Assembly: GCA_030141605.1 (NCBI GenBank)
Contig: JAQGDQ010000096.1
Location: 496,001-560,000 of the forward strand
Source of the DNA: Tubiluchus corallicola
Taxonomy: Eukaryota; Animalia; Priapulida
Length of the DNA stretch: 64,000 nucleotides
Direction: 5' to 3'
The notes under the pieces were generated by a model. That model was not told the DNA's origin, made no database searches, and was given only the letters and a program-made list of their open reading frames with translations. Shown one piece after another: positions 12,601 through 25,309 of the stretch. How positions within the stretch are numbered: the stretch's first letter is position 1; every line of letters starts with the position of its first letter. Both the position numbers and the translations under genes were made by a program.

Positions 12601-15600
12601 CAGCTTTAAAAACTTACCTGAGGTATGGAGAATTGCATGATAGTGTTGTCACACATCTTTTGATCAGTGACTATTAGTGGTTCTATCAATGACCAATAGT
12701 AAGAGTCTCCCTAAAAACTACAGTAGGCATTATACAAAATGCTCAAGCATTCTAATTGCTTTATTAATGAGATGATGGCTTTCGAGGTATAGCTTCTAAC
12801 CGACTATTAACCATTAACACTGGATTAAAAACTCCGCAGAAATTTAGCTTTTCACATTTTCCGGTCTAGAGCTGTAATTTTTGATTCACTTATCCAGGCT
12901 GTATTCTTGGACAATATATTCCAGTAGCATTGTTATATCTTTCACTTCCATATCTGCATTCTAGATGTACGTCTAGAATCACATTTCTTGATAAAGTTTA
13001 AATTAAAAATTTTACTGCTGACTGATCGATTCTGGTGTGCGAGAACTACGAGAAACAAATTAATACATGATCACCTGGTTACAGTTATAGGTGGCTGGTT
13101 ATAGTAGCATGCTTAATATGACTGTTCATCATAATCATGGTACATTCTTGTTCTCTAATCTATTTGGTTTATTGTATCTTAGGGACATATACACAAAAGA
13201 CGGAGCTCCATTTGCACCTTTGAATGGTCAAAATGATAACCTTGTAAATGGTAATATGGAAGGTGTCATATCAATGACTACTTCAGCTACCGATGTCATC
13301 ATGGCAGACACCTGCACTGCTTACAGTGAGACCGTCAGTTTAGCCACTCTCACCCAGCAGAGCCCAAGCGAGGATATCGGTCACTTTGAAGCTGTCATGC
13401 AGAAAATATCGAGCACCACCAGTCCAAATGTTACTAAAAAGAACCTCACAATTGACAACAAAGACTTTGTTCAAAAAGAAAAGATTAATTGCTTTCCAGC
13501 ACTGATTGATGGTGCACCTGTGATTTGTGATACTAACAAAAATTTAAATGGTGTTGCTTATGATGAAGATGTAACACAGACTGCAGCGGCACCAGTCACA
13601 CCGCAAAAGGTTGTCATTGGCTGGTTAGACTTGGACAGGCTAAACAGTCTGGGTAAGAACAATCCACCGGATTTCTGTGATTCTTTGGGCTCAAATGCCA
13701 GTGCTATGTCAGTGGATAGTATTCCAGCTGATCAACCAAACACTGTTCACAACACTTCTCCAATAAGTGGAAGTGAAGCAGCTCTGTGCAATGGCGAGGC
13801 TGCTAGCCGTCTGAAACCAGATATGTCACTGGAGGACCTTGACAATGAGATTGCTGTATTAGAAAAAGAACTGTCAAATAGTTATCATCAGCAAGCAAAT
13901 GAAACAAATGATTTAGCTCCTTTATATGATCCTGTCATACGTGACTCTTCTCCAACACCACCATTCCAAGTAAATAGAACCGAGCCGTTAACTGCAGCAT
14001 TGTCACCAAACCAGCAAAGACCTGAAACTTTAGGCTTTAAGTCAGGTGAAGAAGCAAGCTCTTCAAAGTGTGGTGATGGTCACAGTGAGAGTAATATCAA
14101 AGAAAACCAAAGTGATTTTAGTGAGAATGCTGATGAACACGAAGCAAGACATTCCAATCGTAACTCTTTCGGAAAGATGTCAGGTGAAATTTCTCCATAC
14201 ACTAAAAGTCCTGATGACTGGGAGGTCGTCCCTCAGTTGACTAGCCCAATCTCTGAGTTTCCTCTTCCTAATATGAGAAGTCCGGGCAATGGGGCAGTGT
14301 CACCGGAAATGGATAGGCAAGCGCTTTACAGTAAGGCACTTGTTAGCGAAGCTGTTGAGGAATCCACTGAAGAAAACTCAGCTAAAGAAAAGAAAATTGA
14401 GGAATCTGCAGAAAAAGAAATACTATCAAATACTATTTTATCTAGTGATCCTAGCACAAAAAAAGACTTGACTGATGATACTCACAACAACAGTGCGAAA
14501 TCACCTCAAATGCCTCGCATAACTTGTAAGTGTAAGAAACGCATGTATGATGAGACCGAGGAAAACCGTGATGTACCTCCTAGGCCTGTTTTTTGTGTTT
14601 ACTGCAAGGGTAACACCCCAACACAAGAAGCGCAAGAATTTTCGGTAACTGCTGACTTTACTGAGCACGTTCAGACTGCAAGGATTGTATCACCAGATGG
14701 AGATAAGAGGCAGCTTAGTAGTGAAGTCTCGATGACAGCAAATGCTAAACCAGAAGCTAATGTTCTTTCAGATAACGAAAGTCTGATAACTGAAGACAAA
14801 CAAGAAAAACTAACTGTACCCATTAATGTTTCTGAATGTTGCAACAACTCCCCGATTGAAAATTTTGGTGTGGGTGATGAAGAAAAGAATCTTAATCCCT
14901 TCTTTGAAACAATGGCTAGTCCAAATGACCGACCTCAGACTCATGACTATATTGATAACTTTAGATTAAATGAAAGTGGTAGCCTAGATGAAACTCTATA
15001 TGCATCTCCGATTAAGCTTGCCGCTAATTCACATAATGTTGAAGCTACCTCTTTCGTTAATGATTCTAAGCTTATAGATGTTGATGTTGGAAATGAAGAT
15101 ACTAAAAACAAATCACAGGCAGAGTGCAGATCCACAACTGGCAGCAATACTATTAGTCACTTATATGGTGTAGATAATCCTGCATTTGATGATAGCTTCC
15201 TGCCTCCACCACCACCATTGCCACCTAGTAATATTTGTCAGGTATCTCCATCTAGTGGCAAGTCACAGAAAGCAACAGGTGTTGTTTCACCTATGTACCA
15301 AGACGAACACACGTATGAAGAAGAACTGATGTACAGAGACCAAGGTGCAAGTGAAAATCTCTATGAAGAGATACATTACAGGCAACAGCTGGTAAAGAAT
15401 GAGGGACCTCGAAAAGAGGACGTTGTGTATGAGAACTACATTCCCGAACATCCTTCAGAGGATCACATTTATGAAGAAATTCCATATCAGCGCATGCCAC
15501 GGTCCCACAAGGATTCTGGAACTTATGAAGAAATCCCAGATTACATGCAAAATGCCTTTGATCATCACTATGATGTTCCAAAACCTGTTGCTCGCGTGCA

Positions 15601-18600
15601 CCCAGAAACTGTGGTATTACCTGATGATGCTCGTGGAAAGCATGAAGATCATGTCTATGACATTCCTAAGCCAATTGCGAAAGTTGCACCACTTGAAGAA
15701 AAATTGTCAATTGAGATTCCAGATGATGTGGTGTCTGCTGAAGAACGGGCTGCACAGAGGTTAGAGTCATGTCCAGATAAAAAGAACGAGGAACCTTGTT
15801 CTGTTTGTGATGTAAACGGAGCTTCAGCACCTTCATCTGCTGAAGCTCAAGAATCTGTCGACGTTCACACTCTTGCGTTCTTTGTTGATGTCAACAAGTT
15901 GTCCCCAGAGCCAGAGAAGTCCCCGCTGAAACAGAAGCCAAAGACAGATAGTAGCCAAGACGGTATGGCATTTTTCATCGACCTCAACAAGACAGAGGAA
16001 AGCATGGAGAATAAGAAGAGATCCAGTGTCAAGAAAAAGAAACAGGAAGAATGTAAAGGCGAAGCGATGTGGTTGGATTTAAGCGAGGAAAGAGAATCAA
16101 AAGTGATAAAGGGCAAACATCAAGTAGAAGTTTCTTCTACTGATAACAGTGAGAACATTGAAAAATCTGAAAGTGGAGACAGTTCTGAAGAAACCAAAAG
16201 CTTCAGTCCACCTAACTTGCCTACAAAGGTATGAACTGTTATCAATTGCAGAATTTTCAGCTAGACAGAGTTCCATTCTAAATGAAATTTACATAATATT
16301 AATTTTATCTCACAGTGTAACATTTTGTTTTTTTCTTGAAAACTATGCTTTATGTATAATAGTATGTAAATATTTTAATAAGGTGTTTTCCTTATTATCA
16401 TTTCCAATTTTCATTGTTAAAACGTTCATTTATGCAGAATGAACGAACAATTTGTTAAACATTACTTGTAATTTAGGAGAGTCCCGAACAACATGGGTTG
16501 CACAGTGTTAATGCTATTCATGTAAATGGTGATGCTGCTGCTACCTGTAATTGGGAAAGTCAAACTTCAATGGAAAGTAGCCAGTTCTCTTTAACAAAGG
16601 TATTTCTATTTGTGTGTGTAACTTGATACCGATGGCTTGGACTGTTTAGCATGATTTTTCGTAAAATTTAGGACATTTTATTAATGAAAATGCTTTTCTG
16701 ACTAGTCAAAGCCAGTTGTTTCCTCGCAATGCTACAGTGTCTTAGGAACTGTTTTTAAAAGATAAAAGTATTTATCTTATAAATGCTTATAAAAATTGTA
16801 AGTTCGGGTTACAATTGCAAGATTTTTGTTGATAAAATTCAGTAGCTGTACGTGATATATTCCAAAATTGAACAGTTAAATAGCACTACAACAACTAGAC
16901 CCTTGTAGCTGTACTTTTTAATTTTTTTTCTCTGTTTTGCTTTTTTTCAAGGCATTTTTACATACATTTTTCTGAATGTGTGCACATAAACTGTAAACTT
17001 TTCACTATTGCCTGGATTTTATTGATAAAAAGTGATCGGTTGTATCACCTTGTTTGTACATTTATCAGATTTTTATGTTTACCTCAATTATTTTCATTTT
17101 TTTTACAAACTACACATATGGTAGCATCCTTACAAAAACAAAGTAGTGCTATAATTGACATCATAAAGTAGTTTGCAATGTTCTATTGCAGTCAGAAATC
17201 GTGACAGAGATGGAATCATGTGACGTGGAGAACAGCAATGTTTCCGAAGAGGAAGACTTGACACTCGCAGAATATGAAGCTTGCTCTAAGCTTGGCAGGG
17301 ATTTGCTCAAGTTGTACCTGAACTCCATAGATACCGATGTCGTTTTGTATGTTGATGGGACAGAAGTGCTGGCACACAAGTAAGTTGGTCATTATTAGTC
17401 ACATAATGAACTAGAGTTGAACTTATGCCAGAGATTTTAAAACAGTAGTTATGTTGTTTGTGTCTGTAGAATTGCAGAATTAAAAGTATCTTTCATTTAA
17501 GACATGAAACTATCTCTTAATAATCGTTTGATAGTTGTCTGTGAAACAAATAGTAGTGCACCTGTTTCATAAGCTTGCCAATTTGACGTTGCCGTGACCA
17601 CAGTCTAGGTAGCAGGTTTTGTGAGAAAAGAGATGGATAAGAAAGCAGTCTGGGAGTGTGTTAGTTAGATGTTACAAATATTCCTTTCACTGTCCGTATA
17701 AACTAGTACTGCAATGATGTGAGTGCAGATCTGGTTGATACTGTTCAAAAGTATTAATTAACGTAATATAATTATCATTGTTCGTGTTCATTGTTTAAGC
17801 GCGTCAAGAACATTTTAAAAGCTTCTAAACTATCTTGCTGTCCCACCCAGGTACAAGATAAAAATTCGTAAAAGTTCAGCGAAAATTAGTTTGGTGCCAG
17901 AGTAAGATGTAGGATTTATTTTTGTTTAATTTTAAACATTGTTTTGATTATGCATTGAATCAACCATAGACAAAATTACCTTCTTATTTAGGTGGCAAAC
18001 TTTTAATTGCCACTTTAATGGATTTCAGGAACTTTCTTTATTTTTGCTTACAGATGTATCCTAACAGCCAGATCAGATTACTTTGCTAATATTCTCTTGG
18101 AAAATAGCCATGAGAATAACACAGCTGTTGAACTACCCGGGTGAGCATTTTATAAGTTCTTTTCTTGTAACACGAGAATAGAGAGTGTGATTGCTAATTT
18201 CAGATAAATAATGTTAAACTTTTCCATTTCTTGTGTAACCATGAGGTTTACGACAAAAAGAAATTTCGCAGATGAATCACTCAGATGTGGTGAATTCACT
18301 AACCAGTTATTCTTTTATGGCAACCAGTCTTTATATAGTAACAAAACTGGATGGGGCTGATATGCATGTTCAATGGCATACATGTTTCAAAAATAACAAA
18401 ATGTGTAAAATGGGGTTAGATTGATGTGGAAAATGCACCTGCCCATCACCAACCCGTGAAACAACGAAGCCCATTCCATAGTGACGGTTTTATACCTGAT
18501 ATTCAATGCCATCATGCATTGTCAGTTCCTGCAAAACTAAAAAAAATATTCTAAATTTCTTAGCTTCGGTGCTTGTCATACGACTATGTATTGTATTAAG

Positions 18601-21600
18601 AAATTTGTATTATCTTTTGTAGTGTCTCCAACAAAACCATTCAAGTCATTATGCACTACATTTACGGTGGATGCATACGCATAGATGACGACGTTAACCT
18701 TCTAGAATTAGTCCGCCATGCCGACTTGTACAACCTGGATGGGCTGAAAGATGCAATTTGTTTTGTAATCAAGAAAAATCAATGTCACTTTTTTCACAAG
18801 GTATTTTTTATTTTAAAGTAAATGGTAGTAAATAAAGTTACGTCAGAATGTGTTTTTTACGTGTTTGTTAGTGTTTTTCTATTAACAAAAACAAGGCATG
18901 TTATTTATATTTGAGGTTTGTTTTTCTGTCAGTTAGACAAGTTATGCAGTTTTCACTACAGTTTTCTGACTGGTTTTGCTTAATTTACATGCCAGAACTG
19001 GGATAATAAGTAAAACTTGTCTTGACTAAAAGAATCGCCAAGGTTTTAGTTCATCAGTGCCAATCTTTAAACATTTTGCTTTGTTTGGTAAAAAAATATT
19101 AAAAAATGTAAAGTGTACAGTGACTTATGAGACACCCTGTATTATTCTCAAAAAGCTTTATTTGCATTTAAGGTACATTATGTAAGCCATGTCATCATGA
19201 ACAATGGTATAAAATGAGAAATGGTATAAAGAATTTCATAAAGGTTTAGCTTTACTGTATAGGTTATATATGTGTGTTTCTATTTTGTCAGCCCTGCCAG
19301 ACATGTGTGAGTGGCATCACCGAAGCTCTTCCACTTTCCGTAGCCTATAACTTGCCTGAGCTGGAAGAACGAGCATTCCGTTGGATCACAAAGCACTTCC
19401 ATCGCGTCTGGCCCACGAAGGATTTTGCCACGTTACCAGAAAGCTTGCAGGAAAAGTGCTATGACAATGTCATGTTTGAAATGGTATAAACATAATTTCT
19501 AAAATCTGTGCAGTAGTTTTATAGGCTAATTGTATATATTGTGGAAATAAGTAAGAATTCGTGAGTTTTTAGAACCAAATTTGAGTGAAAGGAATGAAAT
19601 ATGAAGTGATTCAATGGTCTACTGGTCGTGTCTTTGAACTTGTAATTCAAAGTTTGCTGGTTCAAATCCAGGCTCAGTCTCGACATTTTCATGGTTCCTT
19701 CTTTTTGTCAAGTTTGGTTTCAAAGATTCAGATTGATTCAAAACACAATAATTGATGTGACATTACAATTTTAAACTAATATCGTCAACATGTCAATACA
19801 TCATAGTTTGCAAAAAAGTTTAGCCTTTGTTATATTAAAAGGGCGTAACAAAAATTTACAGTATGCAGTAGAACATGTTCCAGAACAATCTGCAGGAGAT
19901 ATTTTTCCTAGAAAGAATCAAATGATACAATTATCATTTGCTTTCATATTGCCTGTGCCATTCCCCTCTTGCTGCTTGTTTTATCTATAGGTATGTTAAT
20001 TTGAGAATTTACAAATCAACAAAATTGAAAATTTATTCTATTCATTACTTCTTAGTAAACCTTGTCTTCTTTAAAACTTCTTGCAGAACAAGGAAACTGT
20101 TCTTGACTTAGTTGTTGACTGTGATAAAACATTTGCTATGCTTCCACAAGCAAAATGGACAGAGACTGTGTTTGGCTTGACCTCCCAGCTATTGGAAAAC
20201 TGCGTCGGATTCTTAGCGGATGATTTTGTCAATGTTTTGCGGAGTGAGAGCGTGATTAAACTGGCAAAGGTGAGTCTAATTCATTTGAGTTTTCTCTTCA
20301 ATTTTTTTTCACTCATTTTCCATCCCTGATTAAAACATTGCACAATTGGCTGTGAAGTTATGCAATGCTGGCCTAATTGTAAATGGATGGGTGGTTACCA
20401 GTAAAACTGTTGTTGGGAGATTTTGAGGGACCCAGTAAAACTGTTGAGGGACTTGAACTTATTTTTTAAAAAAAATCTTTGTTTGACGTGTGAGGGTGCT
20501 CAGTGCAGATGACTAGTCCATCAGTTATTTTCTTTCTATTTTCATTAATGTAGATTTTTTGTTTGTAAAAACTTAAATTGAAACCTTTTCCATTCATAAG
20601 TTTTTCCGCATGATTTTGATTCTAAACGTTTTTGGTCACTCGCAAATTTCATTGGCTTGCCAGAGTGAAAGATTTTGATCTTATGGAGCAGTGTGCCTTC
20701 AAATATGAAAACAAAAAAATCTTTAAAAAAAATTTTTTTACACAGGGTCTGGGTTGGCATGTGACCATCATAGAGGAGACTATTTGTTCCGCTGTGACTA
20801 AGATGTCTGTGGACACGGCGTGCGTGGGTTATGTAGAAACAGTTCGATTGGCTAAAGACCTAGAACAGGGAGCAGACTGGAATGAGGTATGTTGAACAAT
20901 GCAGTGTATCGTTATGCTGTACAAAGTAGGTATTGGAACTGTTTTTATACACAATCCAATGTATGGTTTTATAGTAAAAAATAGAGGTGGGGCCAGTTAT
21001 TATTCACTTAGTTTAGTTACATGTTCTCCAGTGTGGAAGTGAACAAACTACATCCACTATTTGATGTTGAAAATTTCAGGAATCATAATTCTTGCTATCT
21101 GTACAAAAATTCACTGATTAGTATACAGTCAGACCTCGTTATAATGTCAACCTCAGTACAATGCCAACCTTTTTTGCAGTCATAAAGTAGGCGGTATAAA
21201 GAAGTTTGAGTGTAACTATAATGTCTGATGTTTGCTGTATATTACAGTATTTACATTAACATTTGGGCATAGAATAAGCCTGAAATTTTTAACAATTACC
21301 TTAAATCTGGTTCTCATATGGAGCTTCTTAAGAATCTGCCCAGTTATGGGGGATGTTACTTACCAGAGATCAGTAACTACACTTGAACAGTTCTTATTGG
21401 TCATTAACATAAAGCATGAAGCCAACATCTATTGCATGCTACCTTAGTTAATGTGTAATCTCCCACCTTCACCATCAGGGTTTGAATATTATGTTATAGA
21501 TATACAGCGCAATAATTGTTGCTGTTAACAAACAACTTTTCATTGTTTTTAAGAAGTGCATTTTTATATATAATTATATACACTCGTATTTGCAGAACTT

Positions 21601-24600
21601 TGTCAACATGCTACCAAGGTTGACTAGAAAGCTGGAACAGCACCTGCTACAAAATTCAAATGCAGTGAAGTCGTGCGAGGCGTGGAATATGTTAACTCCA
21701 GAAGTTCAGCAGAAAGTCTCTGATGGTAAACTGCACTCAATTTTTAACTATCATGACTGACATTTAATAGTTGCAAAGCTTTTACTCAAATGCAGTCATG
21801 TATTTCGCATAGAGGCAACTTAAGAACTGTGATTAGGTTAAGAGTTTCATCATTCGGCTTCTAATAAGTGATATTTTATCGATAACTTTTATACTTGTTA
21901 AGTTTTGTGTACTCAAAAGCAATTCTAAGCACCTGTGATGGTGTAGAACTGGCGAATTGCACATGTTTCCATTTAAAAACCACAGTTCACATGTTTTCTT
22001 TGTTCTTTGGTTGTACTATCATGTTAGAGATTCCACGATCATAATGTCTCTACCAAGATTTCGTTTTTGATTTGTGTTCAGACAAAATGACATCACGCGT
22101 TGTAAGATCACTTGATCATTAAGTCAACTATGATGTTATGAAAGTTTAAAAAATGTAAAGAGAAACCACAGGGGCAAGAAAACTGGAAGAAATGTTTTTT
22201 CCACAGATCTGCATGTCTGTGATTCATTCTACTTACGTTATATTTTTTAAAAGACGTTTTAAATAATTGATTTTATTGCATTGTGCATTTATACAAAATT
22301 TTTTTGTTACTTGTTGGTTTTGGTTTATGTTGCTTTTGTGTCTGTTTATTTTATTTTCTTATCATTTTCCACTTGTTCATTTCAGCTGCCATGTTTGTTG
22401 TTGACATGGAGAAGCCAAAGTCTTCTCCTCCTCGCTTTTCCAGTCTTAACAGGGTAAGAATTTGCTTAACTCCCGTTTATGCATCGAGCTGGCGCAAACC
22501 CTTCACTTCCTAGTATTTAGATTTAGAAAATGTGTCAAACTTCCTGTAGACTAATGATGGAATCTGTTATATAAAAAAATGTTGCCAAAATGCTAAATTT
22601 ACCCAAATGTTAGCGGCTGTTCTGTAGTCATGACAACTCCATGGCTGTAAAATGTTTTTGTCATCTCAGCAGATGATTCTGTCCATTACTAGAGGTCACG
22701 CTGAAACGAGTAATGTTACAAAAAACTTGCTCAGTAGCCTGAGAAGGTCAGAAAACATTGAGACATGTGCATATCAGTTGTTGCTAATTCTACGGATCCG
22801 CATTTATAAATATTAGTCACAGTTGCACTATCATTATAAAAACACTGACTGAGATAGATTAGGATACAAGGTACCATTTCCTATTAATTAGTCAAATTTT
22901 GTCAACCCCAACTAATGATTAAATAAAAAAACTAGTAATTTTAATTGACAGAAAGAGTAAACATTACTTGTTTGAGTTGTTGTACAGTTTACTGAAACAC
23001 TGGGAAATTTATGGGCATCCGCTGGGGGTGTGGGCACTAAGTCATTTGCCACCCCCTGGATCAGGCCTTCTAACCTAGGGTGAGGGGTTTGGAAGTTGAA
23101 CTTCATAATTAATTCCGTAAGGAGCGTCAGAAATTTTTCTTTGCTTAAAAATTAAGAGGGATATAAAGACCAGTCTTCTTGTGAAGGGTTACACACTGGC
23201 AGCAAATTATGATTTGAAAAAAGATGCAAAGGGGCCACACAGTTTTTGTCATGTATGATCAACCAAATATTCCCATTGGCTCACTTATTCTTCACACTTG
23301 AAAGGAGCTTTCTGCAAGTATTGTATAATTTTTCCACAGCCTGTTCATCTTACAGATGGGTATGATAATTTAAGCAATAATTGTGATAACAGGAGTATAT
23401 CCCTTTGCCTCCCCTTGGAAAAGCTGCAGCGGACTCCCTTGATTGGAATTGCAATCAGTTACAATGATGCCAGCTAAACGTTATTATCTACAAGTAATGC
23501 TTTGTTTTCTGGACTGTTCTGTAGTCTTTTATCACGGTCCTAATCATATAGATGTTGGGTAAGTAATGTTGTGAGTAATGCAAAATTTGGCTGCATTATT
23601 AAAAAACAGTTTTGGTTTAGCATTTCTAATTTCTAACTTTTGTAATGAATAGAAATTTCGCAACGGTCACAGCATGGAGCAGGATCACAAATCACCGAGT
23701 CCAGAACATCCCAAACCTACTAAAGAGACATCCGTTGCTGCTACTGCAAAGTCCTCTAATGGAACCGCCAATGCACCTTCTGAAAATAATAAAGTTGTGA
23801 GTAGGAAATTGCTTCTTGGTGTCATTGCTACCTGTGACGATCATGATGATGATGATGAAAATGAAAATGATAATGACAAAAATGATTTAATCTATTCTTT
23901 TTAGTAATAGATACTGCTTAGTATTTATATCTGCTTACTAGATGTAATTTAAATGTGAAACATGTGGTGTCTAGTGCATTCTGTAATAGGTTACTACTTA
24001 TTATGAGAAGAGAGATTATGATTATGAACATTATTCAACAAATTTGGTGGTAAAATTGCTGTAGATGATTGTTTGTTGTGAATGTTAGAACAGCAGAACT
24101 CTTGTGACTGTACATTCTGGGTTTCTTTTTACATTGTGATTATTTTCAGGAGAAAGTCAAAACAAAACAAGCGGCAAAATCAAAAGCCGAGAAACCCAAG
24201 GGACCAGAGAAGTCCAAATCATCAACGCAGTTAAAGACTTCCAAACCACTGGCGTCGACACAGCAATCGACAAAAAAACCCACTCGTCCGAAATCGTGGG
24301 CAAGTGACCAGGAATCTGTGCAGTTGAAAGGTAGTTTGTCGTGTTCACAACACATTGATTTACAGATATTGTTGTTATTTGTAAGTGAAATTGTTTTTCA
24401 GCAAAATTTTTACAAGGTCAAATCCAGGTGTTTGGTATTCTTGGCAGCTCTTCTAGCCATTTAAGTGACCATACCATATTTTTCAAAATCACTATTGAGT
24501 CACAGAAAAACGTTATTGAGTTGTTTGAATATTTAAAGCCTGCTCGAAAGAAGTCTTAAAGCCATGATCTTCATTTTGTTTTGCCTCACGTGTGGTAAAT

Positions 24601-25309
24601 TTGTGTTCTGCAACTGCTATCCTTAGGGCTGCCTTTGCTAGAAAGGTGGAATTTCTAAGTATTAAGATTCAGAAGATTTCTTAGAACTTGAAGGGAAGAG
24701 AATATGTGGTTTGCCAGGCATTTACTAGCTAATAGCTAAATTACACAATGGACTTTTACAGGTTTCTTGCAAGAGGTGCAGGTTATATTATTGGCTGAGT
24801 TGTTTTCGGTGTCTATTTAAAAAAGCAATATCTTAGTGCATTCTGTTTTTGGGAACAAAGGTATTTGCGGAGGCAGAAGGTAAATTCAAAAGACAGACGA
24901 TAAAAAGCAATTTTTAAACAGTGGCTGGTTTAAAAATATGAGAATGTCAAGAATCTGATGCAGTGAAGCTGTTGAGCAAAGACTGATGTTTTATTGTGCA
25001 ACAGAATGTGCAAGAATATTAGAACGGCTCATGCTGAAACCTGCAAACTGTTTACAAAATGGTTAGCTTTGTGTATTATTTTCCAGTTGTCATCTATTTT
25101 CATTTTCTTTCAGTGTAAAAATTGTAGCATTATTCTCATTTATAGCAAACAAGACAGCAAAAACCTCCACTACAGGAACCACAAGACCAATTCGAACAAA
25201 GAGTGTCACTGGTACAACTAGCACCCGACCGAATCTGACTAAAAACAAGTCGACGACTTCAAGTGTTCCAAAAAGTAAGATTCCTAGCAACAAGCGACCT
25301 ACCTGTTGA
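5026..25309 (+). CDS. BTBD8: BTBD8-like tandem BTB/POZ (+BACK-like) protein, 15 coding exons, ~1723 aa
   Basis: Phase-consistent GT-AG exons: 5026-5168, 12419-12622, 13183-16228, 16477-16599, 17192-17379, 18054-18140, 18623-18800, 19292-19483, 20087-20269, 20746-20886, 21596-21725, 22386-22453, 23653-23796, 24150-24330, 25146-25309 (TGA). BTB1 reads LQHDMQRLLDNAWHSDVTI..AHELILRAR. BTB2 reads LGRDLLKLYLNSIDTDVVL..AHKCILTARSDYF..IMHYIYGG..ADLYNLDGL..CHFFHKPC, followed by WITKHFHRVWPTKDFATLP. This matches recalled BTBD8-family features. The start codon is uncertain. Confidence 0.82.
5818..5900. repeat. (TA)n microsatellite
   Basis: Interrupted TA run. Confidence 0.9.
6431..6568. repeat. (TCA/TCG)n trinucleotide repeat
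   Basis: Degenerate CAT/CGT run. It produces the spurious poly-Ile/Val and poly-Ser ORFs in the track. Confidence 0.9.
6909..7020. repeat. (GA)n purine-rich low-complexity tract
   Basis: Visible GA/GGA-rich run. Confidence 0.85.
9644..9702. repeat. Compound (TA)n(TG)n(TGCG)n microsatellite
   Basis: Visible alternating purine-pyrimidine run. Confidence 0.95.
12301..12376 (+). pseudogene. Decayed partial tandem duplicate of the 5' part of the BTB1 exon
   Basis: atttaaattcTTGGACAgcaCCTGGCATTattactactacaatgtctgaaGAAATTTtTGtTtATtAtCTAATCTA aligns with 12401-12496 (atttaaatt..CTGGACAatgCCTGGCATT..TTACTATTACAA..GAAATTTGTGCTCATGAGCTAATCCTA). The copy has deletions and lacks the acceptor AG. Confidence 0.65.
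13183..16228 (+). CDS. BTBD8: Giant 3046-nt coding exon of the BTBD8-like gene: end of BTB1 plus ~1000-aa acidic, probably disordered region
   Basis: Corresponds to ORF 13091-16234. Acceptor tcttag|G at 13183 and donor AAG|gtatga at 16228; phases match both flanking exons. Confidence 0.9.
19613..19690 (+). mobile_element. tRNA-derived SINE-like head (intronic)
   Basis: A-box-like TGGTCTACTGG at 19615-19625 and B-box GGTTCAAATCC at 19659-19669, at tRNA-like spacing. No intact cloverleaf. Confidence 0.6.
20354..20400 (+). mobile_element. 5S-rRNA-derived (SINE3-like) fragment
   Basis: GAAGTTATGCAATGCTGGCCTAATTGTAAATGGATGGGTGGTTACC resembles the 5S internal control region and the copies at 45568 and 63684. 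Confidence 0.45.
21126..21212. mobile_element. Short Tc1/pogo(Tigger)-type MITE
   Basis: TA|CAGTCAGACCTCGTTATA ... TATAAAGAAGTTTGAGTG|TA: imperfect TIRs starting CAGT, with TA flanks. Same family as 50984-51197, in the opposite orientation. Confidence 0.75.

Noticed and set aside
13091-16234. 1047-aa ORF as an independent intronless or viral/transposon gene
   Set aside because: It is bounded by phase-matched splice sites and completes BTB1 of the surrounding gene. The GTG start in the track is intronic.
19613-19690. Functional tRNA gene (also considered at 47960-48010 and 48268-48335)
   Set aside because: A/B boxes are present but acceptor and anticodon stems do not pair. These are better explained as SINE heads.
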